Of a DNA stretch of 55,701 nucleotides, positions 18,055 through 27,418 are shown piece after piece. Positions within the stretch are counted from its first letter, which is position 1. Each line of letters opens with the position of its first letter. Below the pieces are notes generated by a model. That model was given only the letters and a program-made list of their open reading frames with translations, was not told the DNA's origin and made no database searches. Source of the stretch: a virus (taxonomy: Duplodnaviria > Caudoviricetes); the IMG/VR virus record IMGVR_UViG_3300023269_000002, positions 1 through 55,701 of that record. The stretch is one strand, 5' to 3'. The position numbers and the translations under genes are program-made.

Positions 18055-18996
18055 CTAGCTGTAGGTCGAGCGCCACTCGAGGCGCAGGCGGGCCGCTGGA
18101 TCGTAGCTGTCGAAGGCGCTGCGCCACTTGATCGTGTTCAGGCCGGGGGCGAGCGTGAACGGGCGGCCGATGATCCGGACCGTGCCGGGGGTGACCACGC
18201 CGGTCCGCGAGTCGACGGTGACCACGTCGCCCGCTGGCATGTTCCGGTTGATCGTGAACTCGCGCCCGGTGGTCACGTTGCCGATCACCGGATACGGGAC
18301 CGGCCCGGTCACCCGGAAGACGGGGTAGGCGTCGATGGTCCCCGTGTTGTTGACGACCATCTCCCCGCCGGGGTTGGTCGACACCCCGTAGGTGAAGTTG
18401 TACGTCTTGTCGTAGGTGCGCCCACCGAGCAGCGCCGGGTTCAGTAGGCCGACCTCGGCGGAGTCGACGAGCCCGCTGCTGTACTTCCACGGGGGGTTGG
18501 CCGCCACGAGCGTGAACGACATCGTGCACGCGACTCCGCCCTCTTCGTGACCGAAGGGCGGCGAGGGGTCGAACTTGCCGGACGGCCGAGTCAGCAGCGC
18601 GAGCCGCCGGTCCGCACCGAAGTCGTACTGCTCCCACACGATGAGCCCACGCACGCCGGTCAGGCTCTGCGGGCCCAGGATGCGCCTCACGCGGGCGATG
18701 TTCACTCGGAGGGTGTGCGGGTCCGGAGCGACCATCATCGCCACGCAGTCGAGCACACGGGGCCCGATGGACGGGGGTCCGGTGAGCGCGCCGTCGCGGC
18801 CGCCCACCTGGTCCAGCGGCGTGATGTAGTCCAGCCCTTCCCAGCCGCGCGGCTCCGCGCACACCGTGTAGGTGCCGTCGGCGAGCTGGGTGTTCCACCA
18901 GACATCGACGTCGTCCGGCACGTACAGCGGGCCCATCCGGTACTGCACGTTTGTGCTGGGGACGACGAACGTGGCCATCGGGTTCGGAACGGTCAT
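18055..18996 (-). CDS. Distal tail protein (Dit)-like
   Basis: Directly after the tape measure; GW.G...A.NPP.KY...N.GT..AYP...GP...L.PG.N pattern. Confidence 0.8.
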   Translation of the reverse strand: MTVPNPMATFVVPSTNVQYRMGPLYVPDDVDVWWNTQLADGTYTVCAEPRGWEGLDYITPLDQVGGRDGALTGPPSIGPRVLDCVAMMVAPDPHTLRVNIARVRRILGPQSLTGVRGLIVWEQYDFGADRRLALLTRPSGKFDPSPPFGHEEGGVACTMSFTLVAANPPWKYSSGLVDSAEVGLLNPALLGGRTYDKTYNFTYGVSTNPGGEMVVNNTGTIDAYPVFRVTGPVPYPVIGNVTTGREFTINRNMPAGDVVTVDSRTGVVTPGTVRIIGRPFTLAPGLNTIKWRSAFDSYDPAARLRLEWRSTYS

Positions 18997-19002
18997 GGCT
19001 GG

Positions 19003-21900
19003 TCAGACTCCCCTTACTCCGAAAATGGCGTCGGGGGAGGACATGCCCGACTGGACGTTGCCCAGGCTGACCGCGGACAGCGAGCCTGCCGCCTGCAGGT
19101 CGTAGAGCCCGTTGCGGTAGACCGCGTCGGCGAAGCGCTCGAGGTCGGAGCCGGGCTGCATGACGTTCGTCTGCTGCAGCACCAGCGGGCGACCGTCCGC
19201 CCCGGTGCTCGAGCCGGTCGAGCCCGCGCCGTTGGCCAGGCTGGTGAGCGACAGGTTCGCCGCGGGAACCGCGAGCGCTCCGGCCATGCTCGCCGCGACG
19301 TCCGTGGTCGCCGCCACCACGGCTGGCGTGATGCGCTCGAGGCCGACCACCAGGCCGCGCCCGGTGTCGACACCGATCTCGGCGAAGAGCTTCGACGGCG
19401 AGCTGATGCCGAGGAACGACTTCACCCCGGCGACGGCGTTCTTGATCGGCGCGAGCACGGCGTCGGCGATGCCGGCGGCCGCAGCCTTCACGCCGTTGAT
19501 CAGGCCGTTGATCAGGTCCCGTCCGGCGGAGGCCAGCAGCGAGCCGAGCGAGCCGAGCGCCGACATGATGTTGCCCGGCAGGTTGCGGAAGAACGAGATG
19601 ACGCTGTCGACGCCGGACGAGACGGCCGAGGAGATTGCCGACCACGCAGACTTGACCAGCGAAACGGCCGCGTTGAACGTGCTCGAGACCACCGAAACGA
19701 CAATGTTAAGCGCGCCCTGCACAATGGAAACAATCAGGTTCACCGCGCCGCGCACGATGTTTTGAATACCGGTCCAGACTCGATCGAAATCGCCGGAAAT
19801 CAATCCGAGTACGACGTCGATAATTCCCTGCACGATTTGCATCGCAGCAGTGATCACCTGAGCGATTGCATTAAAGACCGTGGTCACCACGGGTAGCAGG
19901 TTGGTAATGATCGGAATCAGCGCGTTCGCGATGATCTCAATAACAGGCGCGACCGCCGCGACGATAAGGCCGAGCACATCGGCGGCCTGCATCACGATCG
20001 GAATCAGAGAATTGATGATCGGCACGAGCGCCGCAATTACCGGCGGCAAAACAGCCGAAAGCAAATTTGCCACGGTCGTAATGATTGGCGCTAGCGCGGT
20101 TCCGAGCTGGGAAATCAGCGGACCGATAGCGCCGATGATCGCGTCGAACGCAGGCATCAGGGCCGAGACGAGCTGACCGACCAGCCCACCAATGACCGAG
20201 ACCAGGCCGAGCACGGCGTTCCGGAAGTCCTCCGACCCGGCGAACAGCGCGACCAGCAGGCCGATGACCAGGCCGACCGGACCGGTCAACAGGCTGAACA
20301 CCCTGCCGAAGCCGCCGACCTTCGTCACCAGGTCGCCGATCAGGCTGCCCACGGTGGACAGCACGGGCGAGAGCGGACCGAGCGCCAGGCCGATCGCGCC
20401 TGCGGCCGCGGCGAACCCGGCGAGCGCCCCTGGGTTGGCTACCAGGAAGTTGATGAAGGTCGTCAGGGGTCCGACAGCCGCGTTCAGGGCGGACGCCAGG
20501 CCGGTCGCGATCTTGCCGATCAGCTCGCCGATTGCAGGCAGGATCGGGGCGACGGCGGTCAGCACCCGACCGAAGGCCTCGCCGAGCGCCGACATGCCGG
20601 GCGTCAGCGCCGTCACGGTCTCGCGTAGCTGGCCGATGACGGCGACCACGCCGGGCCCGACGCCTGCCGCGATGTTCGACAGCAGCGGGGCGATGTCGCC
20701 GCCGATGAGCAGCGCCAGCTCGCGCAGCACGGGGAACGCGGCCTCGCCCACGGTGGCGATCGAGCCGAAGAACGCGGCGAGCGCATCCTGCCCCTGGGCG
20801 CTCTTGAAGAACGTCTCGGCCGCACCGGTCAGCTTCTCCAGAGAGTTGAGCAGACCTCCGCCCGCGGCCTGCCCGGCGCTGAACACGGCACCGATCGCAC
20901 CGCCCAGGTTGCCCAGGATGCGGCCGAGCTGGGAGGCCACGTCCAGCGACTTCGAGAAGAACGCCTCGAGCGAGCCGGACTCGGCACCCGCGCGGATGAA
21001 GTTCGCGAACCGGGTGGCGAGCGTGTTCACCGCGTCGCCGAGCCGCGGCAGTTGGCTCGAGCCTGCCTTGACGATGTCGAGCACGGCCTGCGTCATCGGC
21101 AGTGCCGCCTGGCGGGCGTTGGAGAACCCGACGACGATGCCCTCAGTGCTGGCCTTGATCCGGTCGAAGGCCTCCGGGCTGTCGAGGATCGCGCCGACGT
21201 TCTTCACCGTCGAGTTGATCTCGCTCGCAAGCAGCTTGAACCCGGCGCTCGCCAGCGGCAGGTACCGCGCGGCCAACGACTGCACGGTGCTGCCCAGTCC
21301 GTCGAACAGCGCGTCCTGCACGCCGAGCTGCATCCGGTCGAATTCCGGCTTTATCCCCTGGATCGACCGGACGAAGTCGCGGGCGTTCGGCGACAGCTTC
21401 TCGAGCGCCTTGTTCAGCGCCTCCGCGTCGCCGGAGCCAACCGCCTTGAGCGCATCGCCGACGCCCTTCATGCCCAGCTTGAGGGTCGCCGCCACGGCGA
21501 CCACCCCAGCGAGCGCGGCAGGCAGGATGCCTATCGCGCCCGCTGCCTGCGCGGCCGCCCCGACGAGGGCGATCACCCCAGCCGAGAGCGCGCCGACCGC
21601 AGACAGGGCTGTGCCTGCAGCGGACGCCAGGAGGAGCAGCCTCCCGCCGGACAGGGCCGCGCCGAGCAGGCTCGAGCCGAGCTTGCCGACGGACTGGAAC
21701 ATCGACGAGAAGATTTGCTTGACGCGCCGACTGGTCTTCTCCGCGTCCTTTTCGACGCCCGCCGTGCTGTCCTCGCCCAGCCCGACGGTCGCCTCCGCGA
21801 GCGCCTTGCGGATCGTGTTGCGGAACGAGAGGGCGAGCCCGCGTTCACTGGCCGTGAGCCGGATGGCCGCCGTGCCGATGATCTTCGCGATGCTCGCCAC
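19003..21900 (-). CDS. Tape measure protein
   Basis: 965 aa Ala/Gly-rich amphipathic repeats with C-terminal GISSPSK motif. Confidence 0.92.
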   Translation of the reverse strand: MASIAKIIGTAAIRLTASERGLALSFRNTIRKALAEATVGLGEDSTAGVEKDAEKTSRRVKQIFSSMFQSVGKLGSSLLGAALSGGRLLLLASAAGTALSAVGALSAGVIALVGAAAQAAGAIGILPAALAGVVAVAATLKLGMKGVGDALKAVGSGDAEALNKALEKLSPNARDFVRSIQGIKPEFDRMQLGVQDALFDGLGSTVQSLAARYLPLASAGFKLLASEINSTVKNVGAILDSPEAFDRIKASTEGIVVGFSNARQAALPMTQAVLDIVKAGSSQLPRLGDAVNTLATRFANFIRAGAESGSLEAFFSKSLDVASQLGRILGNLGGAIGAVFSAGQAAGGGLLNSLEKLTGAAETFFKSAQGQDALAAFFGSIATVGEAAFPVLRELALLIGGDIAPLLSNIAAGVGPGVVAVIGQLRETVTALTPGMSALGEAFGRVLTAVAPILPAIGELIGKIATGLASALNAAVGPLTTFINFLVANPGALAGFAAAAGAIGLALGPLSPVLSTVGSLIGDLVTKVGGFGRVFSLLTGPVGLVIGLLVALFAGSEDFRNAVLGLVSVIGGLVGQLVSALMPAFDAIIGAIGPLISQLGTALAPIITTVANLLSAVLPPVIAALVPIINSLIPIVMQAADVLGLIVAAVAPVIEIIANALIPIITNLLPVVTTVFNAIAQVITAAMQIVQGIIDVVLGLISGDFDRVWTGIQNIVRGAVNLIVSIVQGALNIVVSVVSSTFNAAVSLVKSAWSAISSAVSSGVDSVISFFRNLPGNIMSALGSLGSLLASAGRDLINGLINGVKAAAAGIADAVLAPIKNAVAGVKSFLGISSPSKLFAEIGVDTGRGLVVGLERITPAVVAATTDVAASMAGALAVPAANLSLTSLANGAGSTGSSTGADGRPLVLQQTNVMQPGSDLERFADAVYRNGLYDLQAAGSLSAVSLGNVQSGMSSPDAIFGVRGV

Positions 21901-21909
21901 CCCCTTCGT

Positions 21910-22296
21910 CTACCGGTGCTGGCGCACCGTCCGTTGAATCGCGGGCGGCAGCGGCGAGCCGGGCGCACCGTGCCCTGCCGCTTCCAACCCCGGTCCCGCC
22001 TGCAGTCTGCCGCCGAGCGCCTGCTGCTCTGGCGTGATGCCCCACGTGTCGCGGTTCGGTCGAAGCTTCGCGCTGCTGATCACCATCGTGCGCGAGGCCT
22101 TCTCGAACTTCTCCGACGGGGCGTCGAGCCAGATGGCGTAGACCGCATCTAGCCACTGCCGGAGCGGGGTGTGCAACCCGATGCCCGCAAGTGCCAGTCT
22201 GCCCCTGAAGTACGGCCCGGAGATCGGGTCCGTTGTCATCCCGTGCAGAAGGATGACTACCGCGTAGGGCGCTCCGCGGCCAACCCCATGAGCCAC
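21910..22296 (-). CDS. Tail assembly chaperone, downstream (T) frame
   Basis: Overlaps the chaperone 3' end in the -1 frame, just before the tape measure. Confidence 0.65.
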   Translation of the reverse strand: MAHGVGRGAPYAVVILLHGMTTDPISGPYFRGRLALAGIGLHTPLRQWLDAVYAIWLDAPSEKFEKASRTMVISSAKLRPNRDTWGITPEQQALGGRLQAGPGLEAAGHGAPGSPLPPAIQRTVRQHR

Positions 22297-22859
22297 TCGA
22301 ACAGCTCGGTGATCGCCTCCTGCTTCACGCTCACCTCGTCGTCGTCGAGGAGCACCTCGCGCCAGCGGCGACGCGACGATCCGGCCTCGTGTGCGAGGAA
22401 CTCCTCGGCGCGCTCGAAGGGCAGGAGTTCACCCTTCTCCGGGCCGCACGGCGCGCGGAAGACGGCGGGCAGCTCCTCGTCCTCGTCGACCTCCGGCTCG
22501 ACGGGCAGCGTGCCGACCTCGCCCGACCAGTGCGAGGTACTCCGGCCGGGGCCGAGTTCGACCTCGACCACCTGGGGGACGCGCTCACGCTTCGGCGGCT
22601 TGACGACTTCGGGAGCCCACTTGTTCGGGGTGCCGTCCGTGTTGTCGAGCATCTTCGCGATCGTGACGAGCATTCCCTGACCGGCCATGCTGGGATCGTT
22701 CTTCGAGTTCCACAGCATCTGGACGAGACCGACGAAATCGAGGTTCACCACTGCGGTGAACGTGTGCACCTCGTCCAGCCCGTCGCGCTGGACGGCGAAT
22801 TCGAAATCCTCGCGCCGAGCTGGGGGCGCATTCCTTTTGGTCGCACCGAAACGCTTCAC
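22257..22859 (-). CDS. Tail assembly chaperone (G)
   Basis: AAAGG RBS before GTG 22859; ends ...ERPTR; canonical position. Confidence 0.75.
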   Translation of the reverse strand: MKRFGATKRNAPPARREDFEFAVQRDGLDEVHTFTAVVNLDFVGLVQMLWNSKNDPSMAGQGMLVTIAKMLDNTDGTPNKWAPEVVKPPKRERVPQVVEVELGPGRSTSHWSGEVGTLPVEPEVDEDEELPAVFRAPCGPEKGELLPFERAEEFLAHEAGSSRRRWREVLLDDDEVSVKQEAITELFEWLMGLAAERPTR

Positions 22860-22906
22860 GTGGCGTGGCCTTTCGTCCTCATGGGATGGGTGAGAATGGG
22901 TGAAGC

Positions 22907-23317
22907 CTAGCCGCCCGCGGCTGGCAGGGCGTTGATCAGGAAGTGCGTCCCTCTCGTGCCGGGGTGCCACACGGAGCGGCGAAAGATGACGCGCCCGTTC
23001 TGGATGTAGCGCAGGCTCTTGCGTCGCCGTGCCGTGATCCGATGCGGCACCGTGCCGTCGTGCTCGAACATCGTGTATCGAACGCGGCCGCCCCCGGCGA
23101 TGACGTCCGTGTAGATGCCCCGCGAGTTCAGGCCGTTGTTCTTCCGGATGGTCGAGAGCAGCGAGCCGGTCCGGACCCGCACGAGGCCGCGGGCGGCGAG
23201 CTGCACACGGGTCATGCGCAGCTCGAGTTCGCGCCCGACGCTGCCCTCGGTCCGCACCCAGATGTAGGGCTGGCCAGGGTCGAGCGTGACGCGCTCCGGG
23301 CGCAGGTGCAGGCTCAC
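22907..23317 (-). CDS. Neck/tail completion protein (HK97 gp10-like)
   Basis: VRTGSL..TI...FEHDGT.PH.I...L.Y...V.HPGT.G..FL..AL. Confidence 0.75.
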   Translation of the reverse strand: MSLHLRPERVTLDPGQPYIWVRTEGSVGRELELRMTRVQLAARGLVRVRTGSLLSTIRKNNGLNSRGIYTDVIAGGGRVRYTMFEHDGTVPHRITARRRKSLRYIQNGRVIFRRSVWHPGTRGTHFLINALPAAGG

Positions 23318-23319
23318 GG

Positions 23320-23859
23320 CTACACCAGCGCCCCGACCGTGAACGCGATCGGCGCGACCAGCGCGACGAACTGCCCGTCCGGCCCGACCGGCGCAACCTC
23401 GCCCGCTTGGACGGTCTGCCCCACCGGGAGGTTCTCGCGGAGCTGCGAGACCAGCTCGACGAGCGCCTGCGATAGCAGCCCCATGTCGCGGGCGAACACG
23501 ACGCCCGCGGCCTCGAGGGCGGCGACCGGGGGCGGGTTGCCGGAGTCGTCCTGCACGGGGTGGCAGCGCACCAGCGAGACCACGTAGGTCACGCTGCGCA
23601 CGAGGGAGACGCCCGCGGGCGTGCCTGAGCGGGGCGACAGCGGGCGCGCGTCGACAGCCGCACCCGTGGTCACCCCCTGCATGGTGACGGTGAGCTGCTC
23701 GCAGTCCCAGGCCACAGCGAGCGGGTCGCCCGCGCCGACGTAGCGCCGACCAGGCAGGTCCACGTCGTTCGGGTTGGTCGACGCGGCGAAGTGGGCGACC
23801 ACGGCGGCGAGGATCTTCGTCCCCATCGCGTGCACGTCCAGCCCCTGACCGGCGCTCAC
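23320..23859 (-). CDS. Tail terminator-like protein
   Basis: AWDC.QL.V...LVRC.P...GP.G pattern; position. Confidence 0.65.
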   Translation of the reverse strand: MSAGQGLDVHAMGTKILAAVVAHFAASTNPNDVDLPGRRYVGAGDPLAVAWDCEQLTVTMQGVTTGAAVDARPLSPRSGTPAGVSLVRSVTYVVSLVRCHPVQDDSGNPPPVAALEAAGVVFARDMGLLSQALVELVSQLRENLPVGQTVQAGEVAPVGPDGQFVALVAPIAFTVGALV

Positions 23860-24437
23860 GAGCGCGCCGCTGCCAGCTCGCGGGTCCGGGCCTTGAGCAC
23901 GTCGACCGTCATCGCCTCCGCGTCCTCGTCGCTGACCTCCGGGTCCAGCGCGCGGAGGTGCGCCTTCCACGCAGCCTTAGGCGCGCTCGCCACGGGACGC
24001 ACGAGCGCCTCCGCCGAGATCGCGTCGAGGTCGGCAGCGAGCGCCCCGCCCTCTTCCACGTCGACGTGCTCGTCCGCCTGGCGGGCGCGCAAGTCGCGCA
24101 GCGTCGGCGCGTTGTCGCCGTACTCGTCCTCGTCCTCTTCGCCCTCGGCGAGGCTCGTCTCGTCGAGTTCCTCGTCGGTGCCGTACCGCTGCAACAGGTC
24201 GCGGTACTCGGCGCGCCGGTTGAGCAGCTCCTCGGCGAGCCACGGGTCGAACTCGCGCGCCTGCTCGTCCTCGAGGCCGAACGTGGCCAACATGAACGGC
24301 CACAGCTCGAGCAGCGACTGCAGCTCGGCGTCGGTGATGTCCGGTGGCGGCACCTCGCCGCGCGGCCGCACCTGCCTCCCCGCGTTCACGGGGTGGTGCG
24401 GCGAGTCGTACGGGGCGAACGGGTCGACGAACGTCAC
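23856..24437 (-). CDS. Hypothetical acidic virion-module protein
   Basis: GGAGG RBS; GTGA overlaps. Confidence 0.65.
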   Translation of the reverse strand: MTFVDPFAPYDSPHHPVNAGRQVRPRGEVPPPDITDAELQSLLELWPFMLATFGLEDEQAREFDPWLAEELLNRRAEYRDLLQRYGTDEELDETSLAEGEEDEDEYGDNAPTLRDLRARQADEHVDVEEGGALAADLDAISAEALVRPVASAPKAAWKAHLRALDPEVSDEDAEAMTVDVLKARTRELAAARS

Positions 24438-25990
24438 GGCAGGTTCCTCCGGTTGGTGCGCGGGACATCGGGGCTGTAGACGCGGGCCCGTTGCGGGCGG
24501 TTGTGGGGGTTGATGGCCTTCACCCACAGGTCGACGGAGCGCAGGCCGGTGAGCCCTTTCTCGAGGAACTCGTTCGGGTCCGCGTAGGTGGTGGTGACCT
24601 CTTGGCGGGTCAGGCTGGTGACGTTGCTCGGCAGGCGGCACCCGGCGATGCCGTGGAAGTCGCGGGCGAACTCGACCCCCAGGGTCACCGCGGCGTCGCG
24701 ACCTCCTGCGGGGGGCGCTTCGCCGTAGGTGTAGACGATGACGGTCTCGCCTGCGCACACCTGCCAGAGGCCGCCGTCCGTGCGCTCGAGCACGCCAGCG
24801 TGGTTCAGCCGGTAGGCGGTCGGGTCGAGCAGGACGCCCTCGACCGTCACGGAGGTGATGGCCTGAACGGGCGAACGGGGCAGCTTGACCCGACGCGGCT
24901 GGGCGATGTGGTCGACGACCGAACCGGACGTCATCCAGCATGGGCACTCCCCCCATGACGAGTGGGTGATCCAGTCGCCGCGCCACGGTGCGGAGGTCGG
25001 CAGCGAGCGCAGCGTGACCTCCTCGCTGCAGCCGATGCCGTACCAGATGCGGCCGGTCAGCATCCACAGCAGCTCGCTCGCCCGCATGAGCTGCACGGCG
25101 AGCTGGTCGTCGGTGATGCCGAGTTCGGTGCGGATGGCCGCGGGCACGTCGGCGGGCGTCGCCCAGGGGGCGCACAGGACCGGCGACACCACGGCGGGAA
25201 TCGGTCCGGTCACTGGTCCCCCTGTCGATGAACTGGCCAGCACGAGCGCGCTGGTCCGGGCAGAACCGCGGATCGACTCGCCGAGCGCGGCACCCCCCAG
25301 CGTAAGGGGTGATGTCCGGGCGGAGGCCGCCCGCTTCTCGCCGACCTCGAGCGTGGTCAGGGTGAGGCTGGTGCCCGTGGTCGAGTCGACCCGTTTCGCT
25401 CCGCCGATCGTGGTCGCGAGCACCACGGTTGTGGTGCCTGCGCCGGTCGGTTCCTCGGCGGTCGGGTCTACGTCGGTGACGGAGACGTCCATCCAGTAGT
25501 TCCCACCCCCGAACGAGTTGTCCGGCATCCGGGGCACGGCGTCGTAGTTGAACGAGCCCTGATCGGACGCGGTCGCCGTGGCATCGTCCGGCGCGACGAG
25601 GAACCCGTTCGTGATACCGGAGCCGCCTGGTCCCGCCCCGGTCCAGTAGCCGCCGGTCGCGGTGTAGTTGGACGGGAAGTGACCGGCCACCCGGTAGGCC
25701 TGCCCAACCGTCAGCGGCACAGGGGTCACGAGCGGGAACTCACGCCACCCAAGGGTGGCACCCAGCACGGGCGCGGACAGCTCGGCGAGCACGGTGCCCG
25801 TGGTGGCCGAGTCCACCCGGTACAGCCGCAGGTTGTCCGGCTGGACGTCGATCGTGCCGCGGTAGAACCACAGCGAGGTCACCCAGGCGGGAACGGTCAC
25901 CTCGAACTCGGTAGCCAGGTTGATTGCCTGGCCGTCGCTGCCGGAGGTGTTCGGTCCGTTGATGGCCGGCCAGATCCTCTGGACCGTCAC
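24434..25990 (-). CDS. Head-tail adaptor fused to an N-terminal DUF4082-like beta domain
   Basis: N-term NLATEF.V...LWFY...GWREFPL..PV.L...NYWMDV; C-term ASELLW.LTGR...C.LPSNVTSLTRQ.V...TGL..VDLW...NP. Confidence 0.75.
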   Translation of the reverse strand: MTVQRIWPAINGPNTSGSDGQAINLATEFEVTVPAWVTSLWFYRGTIDVQPDNLRLYRVDSATTGTVLAELSAPVLGATLGWREFPLVTPVPLTVGQAYRVAGHFPSNYTATGGYWTGAGPGGSGITNGFLVAPDDATATASDQGSFNYDAVPRMPDNSFGGGNYWMDVSVTDVDPTAEEPTGAGTTTVVLATTIGGAKRVDSTTGTSLTLTTLEVGEKRAASARTSPLTLGGAALGESIRGSARTSALVLASSSTGGPVTGPIPAVVSPVLCAPWATPADVPAAIRTELGITDDQLAVQLMRASELLWMLTGRIWYGIGCSEEVTLRSLPTSAPWRGDWITHSSWGECPCWMTSGSVVDHIAQPRRVKLPRSPVQAITSVTVEGVLLDPTAYRLNHAGVLERTDGGLWQVCAGETVIVYTYGEAPPAGGRDAAVTLGVEFARDFHGIAGCRLPSNVTSLTRQEVTTTYADPNEFLEKGLTGLRSVDLWVKAINPHNRPQRARVYSPDVPRTNRRNLP

Positions 25991-25994
25991 GGGC

Positions 25995-26333
25995 TCAGCC
26001 CGTCGCCGTCTCGGTCGGAGTCAGGCCGTAGGTGCCCGGCGCGCCGTAGGTCTCCGGCGCGGGCAGCGCTCCGCCCGTGACGAAGCTGCCGCCGGAGGCC
26101 AGCGACCAGACGCTGTAGTGGGTGTATGGACCCCCCGCGGGCACGGGGATGAGCGCCTGTGTGCCGACCGAGCTGCCGCCGGAAGGCGCGCCCCAGGTGG
26201 TCTGGGTGCGGGTCACCCCTGCGCCCTCGTTCGCGCCGGTCGTTCCGGGGTCGCCCGTGTTCAGGCTGCACCAGTTGCCGAGCGCCGTCACCGCGGCAAC
26301 AGCCGCGTTGCGGGCGGCTACGGAGTGGGACAT
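25995..26333 (-). CDS. Small virion structural protein
   Basis: SL.TGDPGTTGANE...R....W...THYSVW....GG.F motif common in phage virion modules. Confidence 0.7.
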   Translation of the reverse strand: MSHSVAARNAAVAAVTALGNWCSLNTGDPGTTGANEGAGVTRTQTTWGAPSGGSSVGTQALIPVPAGGPYTHYSVWSLASGGSFVTGGALPAPETYGAPGTYGLTPTETATG

Positions 26334-26360
26334 CGTCGGAGCCTTCCTCTGCTGTCGGGA

Positions 26361-26391
26361 AGGGGGCGACGGCCCATGAACCGTCGCCCCC
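26361..26391 (-). terminator. Hairpin after the major tail gene
   Basis: AGGGGCGACGG...CCGTCGCCCC(C). Confidence 0.6.
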
Positions 26392-26435
26392 TCATCTCAC
26401 CCATCCTGTCCCGCCCCGTGGCGCGAGACCAGGCC

Positions 26436-27407
26436 TTACGCGACCGTCACGAAACCCGGAGACAGGTCCGGAACATCGGCGACGCGCGCGTACTGCCAGA
26501 CGCGGTCGGAGGGGAAGGCCCATGCGCCGGGCAGCGGACCGTCACCCCAGTTCGCGTTCTGGTTCGAGAACCCTTCGAATCCGGGCAGCATCGGGTCGGA
26601 GCCCGAAGCGGTCCAGCCCTCGGAGGGCTTGAGGTACACCCGCGGCAGGACCCAGTGGAAGTACGGCAGGTCGGCCGCGTAGGCGGAGTCGACCACGGCG
26701 CGCGTCCACAGCTCGAGCGAGATGCCGTTCGGGTTGGCCGTGACGCCCACCTGCGGGGCGCGGTAGCCGATCGTCGAGGCCGCCACGCCAGGCGTCACGG
26801 TGGTGACGGTGACCGTCGGCGCAACACCGCCGGTCAGGCCTGCGCCCGATGCCGTCATCTGCGCGACGTTGCCCAGCGCCGGGATGAACGTGACCACGTA
26901 CGGCGTGCCGGGACCGGGACCGCCGGTCACCGCCACGTCGCCGGGGGCGATGTTCGACAGCGCCTCGAGAGCCGCGTCGACCACGCTGGCGATGGCGTCG
27001 AACGCGATCGGGGCCGTGGTCTGACCCGCGTAGGTCAGGGTGAAAGTCCCGCCGGTCGGCGTGCCCGTGATGGTGACGTTCTGCACCTCGGCCACTGCTG
27101 CCCGCTCGATCACGTCGCCGCCGATGAAGAACGACTGCACGTTCGGGTCGGGGGTGCAGAGCTGCAGGTCGGAGATCGTGCCCTGCTTGAGCGTGTCCGG
27201 CGCGCGGTAGGCGAGGCAGACCACGCCCGAACCGTTCGTCTGGCTGATCTCCTCGGCCTCGTTGTACTCGAGTCCGATGGTCGCCGCGACCAGTGCGTCT
27301 GTCGTGTAGCACGTGGTGTCGCCCGCGAGGGGCGCGCCGGTCGCGTCGAGGAGGGTGGCCCGGAGGCCGAGCGCAAAGAGAGACCCTGCGCCGTCGTAGT
27401 CCGCCAC
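26436..27407 (-). CDS. Major tail (tube) protein with inserted decoration module
   Basis: AAGGAG RBS; R.T.LD..G...G..C...L.LC..DP...LELW...Y.HWVLP...N.NWGDGP. Confidence 0.8.
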   Translation of the reverse strand: MADYDGAGSLFALGLRATLLDATGAPLAGDTTCYTTDALVAATIGLEYNEAEEISQTNGSGVVCLAYRAPDTLKQGTISDLQLCTPDPNVQSFFIGGDVIERAAVAEVQNVTITGTPTGGTFTLTYAGQTTAPIAFDAIASVVDAALEALSNIAPGDVAVTGGPGPGTPYVVTFIPALGNVAQMTASGAGLTGGVAPTVTVTTVTPGVAASTIGYRAPQVGVTANPNGISLELWTRAVVDSAYAADLPYFHWVLPRVYLKPSEGWTASGSDPMLPGFEGFSNQNANWGDGPLPGAWAFPSDRVWQYARVADVPDLSPGFVTVA

Positions 27408-27418
27408 AGCGGTTCTCC

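Noticed and set aside
25292-25310. Operator-like ACCCCCCAGCGTAAGGGGT inside the adaptor gene
   Set aside because: Two mismatches, intragenic and without promoter hexamers; may be chance in GC-rich DNA.
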